A DNA stretch of 63,996 nucleotides, the filler included, from Basidiobolus ranarum (Eukaryota), in NCBI GenBank assembly GCA_040143965.1. It is 5 parts of 5 records of this genome, joined end to end, with 100 filler letters (N's around TTAATTAATTAA, not from the genome) between each part and the next. Parts side by side here need not be neighbours in the genome. Positions count along the whole stretch, not along the records: positions 1 to 13,243 come from JASJQH010000495.1; positions 13,344 to 26,564 come from JASJQH010000496.1; 3 more parts are not named here. One strand, written 5' to 3'. Positions within the stretch are counted from its first letter, which is position 1, and every line of letters starts with the position of its first letter. Below, in pieces: positions 1 through 13,344 of this stretch. The position numbers and the translations under genes are program-made. The notes under the pieces were generated by a model. The model saw only the letters and a list, made by a program, of their open reading frames with translations. It did not search any database and had not been told where the DNA came from.

Positions 1-468
1 GTTCAATTCTCCCTATTTATAAAAATCGCCCCCCCCCCCTAAATATACATCTCATAATACTTGGGAAATTTAAAGTTTATTAAAACTTGAAAAGGTTCCC
101 CTTCATTTTATTGGAGGATTGGTATAGAGTGAACTAAACGAGTTGAAATCAATTTATATCCTCCCTGATCGGAAGATACTTTCAATTCTTAGTGACGATT
201 TAGAATATCAGGTGCATTATGTAATCTTTGTATAGAGTGTGAAAGTCTGGTGGTGAAAACCAAAAGAAATAGTGAGAGGATAGATTCATATATAGTATGA
301 TTTCCCCAATTGAATACGAGTAGACAGTGTGAGTGTAAGTGAAGGTGAAGGTTAGGGTAAACGTGAGTGAAAATGGAAGTGAGAGAAAGCGGAATCTTTT
401 AAAGAATTCTGAAAAAGAATACTGAAAGAAGGAACTTTTTAACAAATAATGGAATACAGTTCATCCAC

Positions 469-1416
469 TTAATTTCTCTTTTGTTTAACATTTTCGAATC
501 GAGTAGGCCCTTCGATACTGGCTAACCAACAGATTCCCACCAAAAGAATAAGAACTAAGACAACGGTGGTCAACAAACCAGTAAGAAGTCCAACAGTCCA
601 GAAAGAACTACGAAGTGAATCTGCACGGCTTACATTCTTACCAGGATTCTCGGTGGGCCCTGGTGCAACGGAGGAACCAGCTGGAACTCCAGAAGCTGAA
701 GGAGCAATCGAATTGGCGCTACTTGAAGCTGCGGGTTTTGAAACAGAAGGACTAGCGGAGACTTGTTGACGCTTTTGTAAGTGTGCCTTACGGTCCAAAA
801 CGACTACATAATCCTTCACTACGTTTTGAATATATTCAAGAGCTTCATGAACAGCACCTAAATAAAATAACCATTAAGTTGATATTTAAACCAAGTGACA
901 TATACTTTGTAAAATAGAATAACCTTCAGTTCCAGATATGACGTATGAAGAATCAGCCTTCAAGTTGGCAACTGAAAAATAAAAGGGTAAACATATAAGG
1001 TTAGAGATAGCTTCTAACTAATTAAACGTACCGTTAGCAAAGTCCAAGTGTTCTGCGCCACAATTACTCTTAATCTTCTCGATATTTTCGGAGTGAGTAG
1101 TATCTTCACCAACCGTACGCTATATAAGAAAGAATGTTGAGATACGGTCGGTAAACAATAATTATTTATGGAAATAAGCTTTACCTTATGTGAAGAAAAA
1201 ATAGGAGAGTCAAGATACTCAGAGGTCTAAGAAAACATAAATGTTACTCAAGTATGTTCAGAAAAGAATCAATTCTAGGTTGGTTAGTTATACCTGTTGT
1301 TTGTTAAGTACAACGGAGACTCTCGCAGGACAGTCGACTGAACCATCAGCAATGGTTGAGGCAACAAAAGAGGTGGCCAAAATAGCAAAAACTTTGAAAA
1401 AACGGGAAGAATGCAT
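469..1416 (-). CDS. V-ATPase accessory/assembly subunit S1 (Ac45/Voa1)-like type I membrane protein, 5 exons
   Basis: Manual splicing from ATG at 1416: signal peptide MHSSRFFKVFAILATSFVASTIA, four GT-AG introns, Ser/Pro/Ala-rich linker. C-terminus FWTVGLLTGLLTTVVLVLILLVGICWLASIEGPTRFE resembles the Ac45/VOA1 TM motif, followed by basic tail KQKRN. Confidence 0.65.
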
Positions 1417-2455
1417 ACTTCTGTGCGTCAAAAAGACAAGATTAAAACGTAAAGATAGAAGGGGAAGAAGGAGCAGAATAAGAAAATAAAGAAAGGGCGA
1501 CTGTTAGAGGAAATCTAAGAATAATAAGAGATATAAAATCACCTACTATGCGGTCTTCACATTACCCTATTTTCTATGCCGAAAAGACCCCTAACTTCGA
1601 ATACCCTTGTAACTTTATTCGCCACCTTCAGATGGGTTCTCGAGTTTAGATGGAATAGCCTTCTTTTACAAGATCAACTTATTTCTGTTGAATCTAGACC
1701 GATGGAAGCGGGAAACCCTGGTTCAAGAAGTATTCAATGATCCTTGGATAAAGCATATTTGCAGTTAGAATTGGATCAATTCCGTAAATTATTAACTATA
1801 TAATTCAATATGGAGGTATTGTATTTCTTAGACTACCCTTCCTAGCACCTTTTATATCCAGACTGCCTTAAATGGGCCAGATTTCTATGTTAGCATATTT
1901 CTGGCAGGCACTTTTATGAGGTACAAAGAAAACTTTCCTCCCTTACCACAGCTTTCCTCAGGAAGTTCCACTGCGAATCTGTACTCACATATGGTAAATG
2001 AGCCGCATCTACCTGCAGGGTTTCACAAACAATATTATGGTATAGTGATGGACCCGTATATTTGTTAGTGACGAATTATCAAGTCCAACCATTTGGGTTA
2101 TGGAAAAATAAATATGATTCACATTTTGAGTGGCTCGTGAAATTAGCTGGGATATGAGACATATCTTGAAAGGAAAGTTCTTTTGTGGACGTCAATCACG
2201 CACTCATGTTACAACATAACCTACTCCTGCAGCTTCTTTAACCACTATTCTGCGAGTATAGGCAGGCCTGGCTCGAAAATGGTAACTGGTCGTAGGTTGT
2301 GAGTGGAAGGTGGAGAGTGAGCGTATTGCTCTTTAGGACTTTAATGAAGTAAACCTTGGTTTGTTTAATGAAATAAAATGCACGAAATGGCGGGTATTAG
2401 GTCATAACGAAGAGTGGGTTCCTAGAGAGTAATTTAGGCTCGAATGGATCTATAT

Positions 2456-4182
2456 TTACTTCTCTTTGTCGAAGACAGTCCAAGGGATAGTGAAAAGAAC
2501 AAATGGAGTATAATCTTTATCGACAAGACTCTGGTACTCGTCTAAATGATCATTGCCGTCTTCTTGTCCAAGTGAACCTCCAAGGCTTGCGTATTTCTTT
2601 AATAGAAGGTCGCGAATTTTGGTATCTCCCTTAGCCTTGGGCTACAAGCGATCTGGTAATTAGCTAACAATTCTTAAACCATTACAACTGAGGTACAAAT
2701 CCATACCTTGATCATGGCAGCGCTGTAATCTAGTGGTAAGCCATACCTTAAGACCGATTCAACAAAAACTCTCAAAATTTTAATATGAATCCAAGCAGAG
2801 AAGACTTCACCAAAACTGGTTTTGCACCATTGCAAGAGGGATTTCTAGCGGGAATTTGGTTAATTACCAACAGTGGAGGTCCTATTAAGTTCCATTTAGT
2901 TACCCATTGCTCTCTCTCAGACGCCTCAGTTTCTTCATATTCTTTCCTATCGTCCTCTAATTGCGCTTCGTTATATTCAAATTCTCTGACGATGAATCTA
3001 AAGTATATACCGTTAGCAAATAGAATTTTCCCTCCATAATGATACACTAATCTTTATACTTTTCTTCTCTACATTTGAGACTGAAATCGTTAACTACGCG
3101 TTGGAAGACATTGACTCCAAAAAGACCATAGTCATTGTCTTCAGCAATTTTGCTATCATTTCAAACGTGAGTTAGAAAATAAATGAAAGAATTCATACGG
3201 TATCACTCTAGAACTTACGTAGAAGATCTAGGTACAACCATCTCAGTTAAAGTTTCATATTTGGCATCCCATTCTTTGTACAAATTCCTGTAAAGTATTC
3301 CAATTTAGCTAATTTAACCGAGAGATCAACAAAATGTCAAGTTACTGACTTGGGAACGGCAACAAAGAGTGTTTGAAGATACTCAGAGTCGAGAACACAG
3401 TGCTCTCGTTGAACTATATCGGTCAGGCCACGAACGGCGAGGTTACCACTTTAATGTTGTCAGTAGTGAGGTGAAAGAAAGAGAAAAAAAGAATTTCTTA
3501 CGTCTGCTTTCTTTCAATATTAGTCAAAGCACCTTTAACACTATTGTACTGTGTCATTTTGGATTTCATGGCTGAATCGAGGGAACTACCTTCCTACATT
3601 AAGAGAAAATAGACCATTAATACGAGACGTGGTTGGTTTCAAGTCAAAAAGAATACTTTCTTGGTTTATGAGTTCAGCAATCTCTTTCAGTGGTTTGTCG
3701 GAACGATATTTCATGGAATTCCACTGGAATCCTTTAAGAAAATGATCGACTGGCTCTTTAAGTTCACAAAAGTGACAAATGGTTCAAGAGAAGGAGGTAA
3801 GAAGGATTGAAGAATTGGGCTAACTCGAAAATACGCAAATCTTACTCTCGTTTACAGTCAAGGCTTCCTCTAGTTGAACCGAATCACCTCGTAACAAAGC
3901 CTTTAGATTGTCTATCATTTTCACTACCGTAGCCTCAAAGGCTTGGTCATATTTAATCAAGTCATCAGATAAGACAACAAGGGTATCTAGAGTTCCAATC
4001 TTCAACATGAATAGACATTTAATATATCAATCAAAACAATACTAACAAATCTAGCTTACCTTGAACTCGGGGAGCTCAAGGGCACTAATCTCAGCAACTT
4101 CACTAAGGGAAGTGCGTAAGCTTTGGAAGGAGGAATCCTTACTGCCGTTGGCAGGGACCGAACTGAGCCAGTAATGAGGCAT
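2456..4182 (-). CDS. VMA5: V-type H+-ATPase V1 subunit C, multi-exon
   Basis: Exons read [10 protein letters not shown]...[51 protein letters not shown]-terminus [12 protein letters not shown]. These are subunit C motifs. Confidence 0.95.
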
Positions 4183-5860
4183 TTTGAAACCAGGTTGAAT
4201 TAAAGAAAGAGATATGGTATGCTGAGGGCTTTTGAAGGAGAACTTAGTCCAATAATATGTCGAAAGATCTGAACTCAAGTGAAATAGGGTGATTGGTTGA
4301 TGGTGGCATGGTGGGCAGAATTGAATGTTCCAGTCCCAGCGACAGTTAGCCATGGATTCTCAGGAAATAGTGGCATTATGGTACCATGGCAAACTCAACC
4401 TGACTACTGACCCCCAAATTTAGATTGGATTCCGGTATCCGAAGGGGCTACAGTATGCGTTTTCGAGAGATAATTTTCCGATCTAGACAGAAGTGGATTC
4501 GCTGTAGCACCGTTTAGCCACCTTGAAAGTACCCACCCTGAATACCAAGAGCGACCATGGATCCGAAGGATAAGCATAGGCGTATCTCAATCCCCGTCAG
4601 ATCCACTAGCATTGCGGAGTTCATTGAGAGACATAGTCCAAACCACAACTACCAGGGTGAAGATATCGATAGCTGTGGCTACAAGGCTTCCATATGCAAA
4701 AGGGAATAACCTTTCATCACATCCGATATTTCTGCTGGATCTGGCCAATCGATGAGTCGGGGGACAAATCGTAGGAAGGAAAAGATACCCCAAATAGAAA
4801 TAGGCTGACTTCAGTGTAGCTTCTATCTTCCAGATGATAGGTGACTGGTAGCTGGATCCTTCAGTGAATCGACCAGAAAATCTCTATTCTTGCCCAGCCT
4901 GCCATTTTGGGGTGAAGCTTGTGTTTAACCTTTAAGCTTAAATATGTATAACATTGGAGGCCATCGAATCATTGGCATCTGCACTTACTTTGGTGTATCC
5001 ATCTTACCGACACGCCGCAGGATTGGTCAATCTCTGTAGGAAGCCCACCCTATGAGCCCGATTCAATTTGGTGTATCACAGTTGATGTTAGTGTGCTACA
5101 CTCAACCCAGGTTTGATGATGCTGCAGCAGGACAGTAATATAAATATGATTTGACCATTAAGTAAAGTTACAGAAAAGGTGGTGAGCTCCATTAGGGAAA
5201 CCAATGCATACTCTCTTAGTCAACCACTCAGACTTTCTGGGTTAGGAAAAAATGGTGCTACATAATGGCTACAGCTGAACAGAGACCTTGGGCTCATTAC
5301 CTGGCTTCTTTCAGGCAGTCGTATGGAGATGGATCCTGAATGCTAAGTAAGTGGAGAGAGGCTTCAATGGTTCAGATTAGTTGGAGTTGTGGATGCTTTT
5401 CGCATTGAGTTTGATTGCCACATTGCAATGCATGGTGTTGCTGATTCACACTTGATTTAGTAAATTTACTTGGTTTCCGCAGCGCAGGTTGGAGATCATC
5501 CATCGCTGGAAACTTACGCCTGTAGCTGATCACGCATATCTTGATGTACTTGTAAACCATCACAACATAGAAGGTATTAATATATATTATGAGCCATCTA
5601 CTTGTGGCTGAATCTTAGTCAAGCTAACAAATGATTTTACTTAAAGATCCGACCAAAGAAAAAGATCAGTATCCCATTACATTGCAATGACTGTATCTGA
5701 AGAAAATGCAAACTACAACAGGCTGCTAGCCAAATAAAACATGCTAATCGACATATCTTCAGGTGTGAAAAATAAGGCGGAACATCTGACGAGGGGAGGC
5801 ATGGTAGCACATGAACTAGGGTAACAACTGTGGGATGTCACGCTCGGTACAAAGGCAATC

Positions 5861-7717
5861 TCAAGCACGAAGTTCCATGTTAGCAATGATGTCCTCAAAC
5901 TTGTGGATGTTACGAATGAACCAGTCGCCATAACGACGTCCCACTTTGCTTTCGGCAATGTGGATCATGTCCATATTCACGGAAAAGTCCAAGTCTGTGC
6001 TGGTAACTGTCTCACTATCTAATAAGGTACCCTCAACCCATTTTCTCTGACGGCTCTTCTGCTTGAAGATCATCAACTGTGTGCGAAGCTCATCGGCATC
6101 CACCTCAAGGAATGTAGCCAACTTCTCAATACTCAAGGTGGTGTACAATTTAAGATACGATCTCAATGTAGGGATTAGGATTTGTTTGCGGACCTCAGAC
6201 ATGAAGATCTTGACTTGGTGAGTGCTAGGGTCAGCTGGGTTGCTCTCCAAATCCTCATAGCTGGGTGCGATAGGGGTGATGAATTTAGGGCATGCGTACA
6301 AGAACAAATCCTCAATGGTTTGAATGGGGTCTTCTCCGCGTTGAATCTTGGACAATTGGTCACCATACTTCTCTCTCATGTTCGTGTGAATACTTTCATC
6401 CAAGCGAGTGGGGGAAAGGGAGACACAGATGGCAAGAAGGGCATACATTTGATCCCCCTTTTTGTTGATTTGGTCGAATTGATAGGATTTGGAGTGAACT
6501 TGGCGAATACGAGCAATAAACACCAGAATCTGAGAGAAGGCCTTAATAGCATCGCTATATCTTCTCATCATCATGTAGGCAAAACCAACATAATAATAGG
6601 TGGTAACGTGGCAGGCGGTAACACGCGCAAATAGTGCCTTTTTGTTGAGTTCAATATTCTCCATCATTTTCAATGCCATTGTATAATCACCAAGTAGGCA
6701 GTGTACACGAAGCAAGCCAACAATACTGAAATATCCAAGCATCTTGTACAGAGTACGGGAGCCGTAATCTCCAGCAGCCTCAACCATATCACCACCGTGC
6801 TTACTGACCATCAATTGCTCAGTGATGCGGGACTTTTGAATCAATGAGTACAAGACGTTGAGCACACTATAGCAGCTCCACACTTGTGGGTTCTCTTTCA
6901 ACAAGTAAATCTCTTCCTCGGTCTTATTTTTAGTGCGATTTCTGAAATTACAGAAGGATTGGAATTGATAAATAAATTCATCGATGATGTCCCACAACCA
7001 TTGATGAGGTAGTTCAAGATTAACTGGCCCATCCGAGTCTAACAAAGTTGCTAGAGTTAAATCTGAAATTTCGAGAGAATGTAGCAGTAAAGTGGATCTT
7101 ACTTAAGATGTAGTTAAATAGAGCACAGTAGTTCTCGTAGGAGCGGAATCTATGTTCGATAGTGGGTTGAAGTCTTTGGTAGATATGGCGATAGTATAAT
7201 TCACGATACAAGGTCAAAAAGATTTGATCTACAAAACATTCGTAAATACTCCTGCAATTAAGAAGTATATGTCTATGCAAAGCTCACCTTCATTCACTAG
7301 AGGGGAAATATACTCAGCCTCAGGCCAAGGTTCTTTGGCATAGAATCTTTCAGTTAATTTGTTGAAACTGTTCTCATAAATGGAGTGAAGTTCATAGACA
7401 GAATTGTCACGAAGACTACGATGGAAGTAAGCAATAAAGTTCTTGACAACGTCAGGAATTTGAGTATCTACATATTGCTGAGCAAGCTGTTGTTGAATCA
7501 TGGAATGATCTGAAAATAAAATGCGATGTCAAATTACAATTTCTAAACGATAAAAGAAGGATGACATAGCATCAATGAATTCTCTATATTCATAATTGAT
7601 CTCTGTATTACCTTCTAAGATATCATCGTCAGCATTCATATCTCCTTGAACGTAAACTCCGGCAACCAAATCAACGTCAGCTGCAACATCTTCATCATCA
7701 TAAGGTTCGTGGTACAT
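5861..7717 (-). CDS. EIF3L: Eukaryotic translation initiation factor 3 subunit L
   Basis: [70 protein letters not shown]. 4 exons, first intron 7510-7611. Confidence 0.96.
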
Positions 7718-9499
7718 GTTGGCAAAAGAAAAAGTGGCTTAACAAGCTGTAAGTTCCGAGGCTTGAAGACTGGTTGATAGATATGAATCGTTGCAGTTCA
7801 ATTTTGGAGGAAAAAAATTTCGGAGTATGTTGGAAAGAAAAAAAACTTAAGCTAATTGGATAATATTCAGGGTGGGAAGTAAGAATAATTAAGTAAATAA
7901 TACCTGTAACATGACTAACTTTGTATTCTGATTAAAATGCCATGAATCCTGAAATAAGTGAAGACATTAAATCAGCGAATGAATCCTCCAAAAGTGCATC
8001 TCAGTTTCTACTGGAGGGTTAGAGGGAACTTTCTTTAGCATTTGATGCAAGTCTCTTTCATTTGTTTTGAATTTTCTTTAGTGAACCATAAAACGTCGAG
8101 GTTCGAGAGCTCATGGCACTAATAAACAAATGTATTCGAACAAAAACTTGGAGCTTCTCCAAAAAAGGACCGACACTAGAGAGCAAATGATACGCAAGCC
8201 AGTGACCATTTTATTCACAATTTGAGCACAGGCTCTATATAATTTTGCTTAGTGTCAGTGACTCTGTAAGAAATCAATGCCCAACCTTTGTTCCCATGTC
8301 AAATATGAAGTTCTTTTGTCCAACTTCTAACATACTGTACACAAAAATATAGTAGTGAAAGGACAGAAAATTTAGCAAGAGGAGCTGTTAAAACCATAAA
8401 AAACGCTGCTAGATTATCCTTTATAGTCTCGGGGTAACAAGCACAGTAGCCACATGTGGAGGTGAAAAATGAAACCCACATTGTTCAGTTAAAAGGTACC
8501 TAACGCTGGAAGTTACGCAGTTAGGAATAAATGAAAACCACTCCTCAAGCGAGAGGGCGTAGGGGGATGATATGGTACACGTCTAAGTGTGGCAGGCTAG
8601 CCAGAACACCATATCTATTTGGATGAAATCTATTCAGATAATGAACATCACCAGACAGATATCAAGTGGCTCTAATTGGATTCCATATTGGCACAAGCAT
8701 AGCCTCAGTTTCTTATTGCATGAGTAGCTTTAGAAATTCCGACTCGAACTTATTATACTCCAGAGAGTGGCAGCACAGCCACGAGTCAAACTGACTAAAA
8801 CTTGATTATGGTGTTTAGACTCAGCAAGGAATATGCTACGATCCCCAGATGGTCTATGAAACGAAGGTTCTTGTTTTGTGAGCGAAAAGGGTTAGTAGCA
8901 AAGACTCGAATCATAGAAGTTAAACATTGAGACATATGACTAGGTTGGAAACGTCATATAAGATATACACTCCCATCATTTAAGGCTTCTGTTCTGGTTT
9001 CAAACGTATCCAAGACCTTCTGGGAAATGTCCAGAAACATGCACTCAAGTACGAACTAGACGATCGAATCAACACATCTGGAGTCAGCTCTCAGGGGTGA
9101 CCAATGCTAGGCTAAACGCTTGAGATCTGTATACTACACCATCCGACAACTGCTCTAGGCTTGCATATCCACATGAGCATTTCTAGCTGACAATACTATA
9201 TCAAAGCGTCAGTATATTTAATTAATCAGATCACTGATTCAATAGTCTTAAATGCCATTATTTCAATCATGCCAAGAGTTGCATGAGAACCTAATACTTG
9301 GACAGTGTATAGTCTATATGTAGTGATAGTTTATTTAGCCATCGCATTGTTATTTTAGCAAGTATAAAGGGCGTCCGCTCCAAGAGACTTCTAACCACCG
9401 ATCCCACTTCTGCCTACATTCTCAGCGTGAATACTCCACTCAAGGATTATTTGGCTTACACTTTGAAAACATTGAACACGTTTATTTGAGTCTTCCGAA

Positions 9500-10084
9500 A
9501 TGCTATCTCAACGAAGGGAATTAAATTATTTAGAGAACCCCCGCTACTCATTCCAGAACTCTGGTCGGAGTTACACAGAAATTGGAAGTGGTCTGCAGCG
9601 GTACTCCCTTTCGCGAAAAAGCGCGTTTTCCCGAACTATTCTCGTCAAGGACAACTCCGACCGCATCGCATATACTCTCATCAGAGAGTTAGGTATTCAT
9701 GTAAATTATTCTTTCAAGGAAGGCGCCACAGAGAAGGTTTTGTTTCAAGGCTCCAGAAAAGCAATCAAAAGTAGCATTACTTTCAAGAGCTCTCTCAAGA
9801 ACTTCGAGTTTGAACTCACCAAAGCAAAAATGTTTTCTTTCAAATACCAGTTTAACTGGAACGCTGAAACCTATCAATGGAAGCGAACTGGCTTTGGTAC
9901 ATTCAGTATGGAGTGTATTTGTCCTAGGACTGGCGTAAAGTTTGCGGAATACAAATCGAAAGCCATGGCGTGGAAGAGCCTTGGTACATTGGAAATCTAT
10001 CATTACGCTCTTAGGGATCCGGTGTTGCAATCCTTGCTATTAGCTACTTGTTTGTTCCTAATTGACATATCACATGACTCGTAG
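9500..10084 (+). CDS. LURP-one/tubby-C-like (DUF6593-type) beta-rich protein
   Basis: Intronless 194-aa ORF with F-x-W-x-x-E-x-Y-x-W-K, LG-x-LEI and a terminal buried helix (LQSLLLATCLFLI). TATAAA at 9363-9368. Confidence 0.6.
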   Translation: MLSQRRELNYLENPRYSFQNSGRSYTEIGSGLQRYSLSRKSAFSRTILVKDNSDRIAYTLIRELGIHVNYSFKEGATEKVLFQGSRKAIKSSITFKSSLKNFEFELTKAKMFSFKYQFNWNAETYQWKRTGFGTFSMECICPRTGVKFAEYKSKAMAWKSLGTLEIYHYALRDPVLQSLLLATCLFLIDISHDS

Positions 10085-10905
10085 CTTTTTAATAGTTTTT
10101 TCTGTGGAGCTAGGTATTCACTTAGTATTATATGTAATCTTTACCATGTAGTCTTTTCTTCACTTACTTTTGTCCCGGCTTGAATCTTTCCACTCTGTCT
10201 TAACCAATATGTACATTCTATGAGCAAGAGACACTGCCCAAACTCATTAAATATTCTTTACCATATGACAACCAAGTTGGATCCAATGCAATAGCCAATT
10301 GCTACACCAAGTCATCCAACGAGACAACAGCTGGAAGTATCGATCCACGAATCTCGACTCTTCTACATTACGAGACGTTTTTGTCATTGTCTTCAGTTAA
10401 GCACACAAAACCGATGTACAGATATGTCAATCATTAGACTTTCGGAATTGTGTAGGCTACCAACAGTTAGTACGGTCGTCGTTTACGATCATTGTACTTG
10501 TCTAAAAAGATGCTCAGCACATGATACCGCTTAATACTCAGTTTGACCTGATTGCCCAATAGAGACAGCTGTGAGGTCGTCTTCATCTTGATTCCACGGT
10601 AAGGTTTTGTCTGGAGGCAACGGATGGCATATCCTATGGTATATAGCGATACCTTTCAACGGGCGGCCACTAATCAGTCATTTCCGATGTCTGCACCGTT
10701 GATCTGCGATCTCGTTTCAATCTTAGGAAGTTCGTGGGGGAAGTCTCCGTTGTTTGTACAGAAGCATCTGTGCATATAGATAAGTCCGCATACATGTATA
10801 TATTCCATCATCACAGCCCACAAATGGGAGCGTTTTTCTAGTGACTCGATTCATCTTTACCCTCCTACACTTACACATTCACATTCACCGGTCGGTTAGC
10901 TTTTC

Positions 10906-11922
10906 ATGAAAAAACCCACTTTCCAATGGTTGCTTCTAATTGGTATTGGCGTACACAAATCTGTAAGCCAAGAGTATTGTGTCGGCGAGTACTCCAAGAG
11001 TCAAAAAGCGTGCTCCTTATACATACCAAGGCCGAGTAGTTGTGAGGAACAAGCCAATGTCCCAGTCACTGGGAATTATACCAAATTTAATCGCAAGTTA
11101 AACACGCTGATCTTCACCATCACCAATGTATTCGAGTATGGAACTACTGTATATGATTTTGAGACATGTGTCGATCTAAACGATGGTAGGGGATACACTT
11201 GTGGATTCGTGGGATTCACTACCGGCACTGGAGATGCTTTTACAGTGGTTAACAGATACTTGCAAGTTAATCCCAATGGGGAATTGAAAGCCTATTATAC
11301 TCCCTTGAAGGATCTAGCCGATCCCAGAGAATGTGGGGGGCCTGAAGTGGATCCAAAAAAATTAAATGGATTCCCTGAGGCCTGGGGCCGTACAGCCTGC
11401 GTAGATCCGAGATTCAGGAGAGTGCAAGAGTCGGTGGTAAACGAGTTGTATTTCGAACCAGCCATGAAATTGGCAGAAGCTTATAAGATTTTCTCTCCTT
11501 TGGGTAAATCCATATTCTACGATACGGCAGTGCAACATGGCTATGAAAAGGAAGACGGAATCAGCCTAAGAAGCATAATAAAGTTGGTTAAGGCTGAGAC
11601 GACCAAGTCACAAACTGAGGCATCGTTCTTAAAGAGACTCCTGCATTTCCGAAAGAAGGTGCTGTGCTGTAGTATGGATGATATATGGCCAGATTCAGCG
11701 AATCGAGTGAGCGATTTGGAATATCTGTTGAATACTGGAAATCTAAACCTAAGCACTCCGGTTATCCTACCCAGTTATAATGATATCAAGATCTATGGTA
11801 ATGAAGAAACGGATAAGCCCTGTCTTAAAATAAGCACCGCCTCCTCCTTGGAAAACCCCGTTCAAGGTAGAGAAAAGCCTGGAAAATCCAATTGGAGTGT
11901 ATTGCTTGGACTGTTTGGGTAA
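10906..11922 (+). CDS. Secreted chitosanase, glycoside hydrolase family 46
   Basis: Intronless 338 aa with signal peptide. TNVFE...DLNDGRGYTCGFVGFTTGTGD matches the GH46 signature (catalytic Glu, Asp of DGRG, Thr); also YF-x-PA and YDTAVQHG. Confidence 0.9.
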   Translation: MKKPTFQWLLLIGIGVHKSVSQEYCVGEYSKSQKACSLYIPRPSSCEEQANVPVTGNYTKFNRKLNTLIFTITNVFEYGTTVYDFETCVDLNDGRGYTCGFVGFTTGTGDAFTVVNRYLQVNPNGELKAYYTPLKDLADPRECGGPEVDPKKLNGFPEAWGRTACVDPRFRRVQESVVNELYFEPAMKLAEAYKIFSPLGKSIFYDTAVQHGYEKEDGISLRSIIKLVKAETTKSQTEASFLKRLLHFRKKVLCCSMDDIWPDSANRVSDLEYLLNTGNLNLSTPVILPSYNDIKIYGNEETDKPCLKISTASSLENPVQGREKPGKSNWSVLLGLFG

Positions 11923-12227
11923 GTTGCGCAGCTTCTGGACAGATATCCCGAATACAAGATTATTTGAAGATACCTTCAACTTCTTTCTAGCTGTGCCATA
12001 CGATTTCTATTATCTTCAATTTATTTAATACCGGCACTCAAATATTTTTATACAAATTCTCGTAAAGGAGAGGCACCCAAGATCTTCACATACGAGAAAT
12101 AGAAAATAAAATTAAAGGATTAAAAAATATGCCTTCTCCTACTACATGAGCATCATATGAACAAAGTGAATAATGCGCCCAAATGTACATAAACAATCAT
12201 TCATACATTGCGAACACTGGAGTTGAA

Positions 12228-13243
12228 TCAATTAATGAGTGTACTTCTTGGAACTGACAAACCCGCAGCATCGGCCATTCTCTCTATATCGATTGAAGTA
12301 GTGGGCGTTCTATCTGAGTTGGAACTGAATTCACACGTCATGAACTCAATTTCTCCTACAACCTTTTTCACAAGATCACCCAATTCCTCTTGCTCCTCAA
12401 CGATTTCTATCATACTACCGGCATATGAGTACCAAAATGTATAAAGAAATCCTTCTTCGGTTTGATTAGTTCCTGTTTCATGAGTTCTATCTCCTAGATT
12501 TTGAAACGCGTCGATTTTTCTAGCTTTGTTGAGTAAACGTAACCTAGGCACTCTAGCAGATGGAAGATAGGGAGGTAGTGGTGACTTCGACTTAAATGCT
12601 CCGGAAATAACATAGAAATGTAGAAGAACTGCAGCAACCTTATAATGAAAACATGAGTTGTACGAATTGAATATTGTAATCATAAGTATAAACCCACCAT
12701 ATCCTTGCGTCTTTTAACCAACGGATGCGCCAATTTGACCCTTAATCTATCATCAATTTGGACTATTGAAGCACGCATCGTTGACGACCAATCCAACAAA
12801 TTTTGTACTCTTGATATGATATCAATGTATGTTTGTTCCTGAAAACTATCTCTGAGTCTCGGTTCATTAGTTGCTGGGGTAAGTAAAGCAGTTGCTTTGA
12901 TGATGGAGGATTGTAGTTTAGAGGTCAGCTTTTTTGCATCGTATCGTGCTTCCAGCCAAACGGGGGAATCTTTCTCCATCATGTAGATCGACATGGTTTT
13001 GGAAAAGAGAACTCCTAAATTATAGAACGTTCTACCCAAATGTTTACGCAATTCGACTCTAGCTACATACGGCCATAGTAGCATTTCCACTAGCAACGAT
13101 ACAATAATGGCTACGATGAGATTCGCAGTCCTCAGCACTGCCAATAACAATGCTGAAGTATTAGACACTTGATTTTGAATCACTACTGCGTTGTATGTGC
13201 TAAAAATAATAACCATGTAGGTGATCAATGATACAGTGGGTAT
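12228..13243 (-). CDS. ArAE/FUSC/ALMT-superfamily membrane protein (YGL140C/BRE4-like), 3' part only
   Basis: LWPYVARVELRK, EPRL, DM|VAAVLLHFY...KSPLPPYLPSAR. Intron 12639-12697. 5' end lost in the gap. Confidence 0.8.
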
Positions 13244-13343
13244 NNNNNNNNNNNNNNNNNNNNNNNNNNNNNNNNNNNNNNNNNNNNTTAATTAATTAAN
13301 NNNNNNNNNNNNNNNNNNNNNNNNNNNNNNNNNNNNNNNNNNN
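13244..13343. other. Assembly linker gap (N44-TTAATTAATTAA-N44)
   Basis: 100-bp N run with a central six-frame stop cassette. Confidence 0.97.
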
Positions 13344-13344
13344 T

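Noticed and set aside
3590-3660. Possible non-canonical GA-AG intron in VMA5 (3594-3660, GAAAGT...TAG)
   Set aside because: A canonical GT-AG intron shifted by 4 nt (3590-3656) has the same length and gives QESSSLD, which fits homologues as I recall them. RNA-seq would decide (ESS versus EGS).
4430-5580. GC-richer intergenic stretch with short ORF MDPKDKHRR..., suspected retroelement relic
   Set aside because: No convincing RT, RNase H or integrase motif could be read; needs a repeat-library search.
6182-6634. Antisense and alternate-frame ORFs overlapping real genes (also 566-769, 9689-10030, 15451-15774, 25493-25777 and others)
   Set aside because: Shadows of conserved genes with no recognisable motifs.
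13288-13299. TTAATTAATTAA palindrome repeated four times in the window
   Set aside because: Always centred in N runs; an artificial linker, not a biological repeat or CRISPR.
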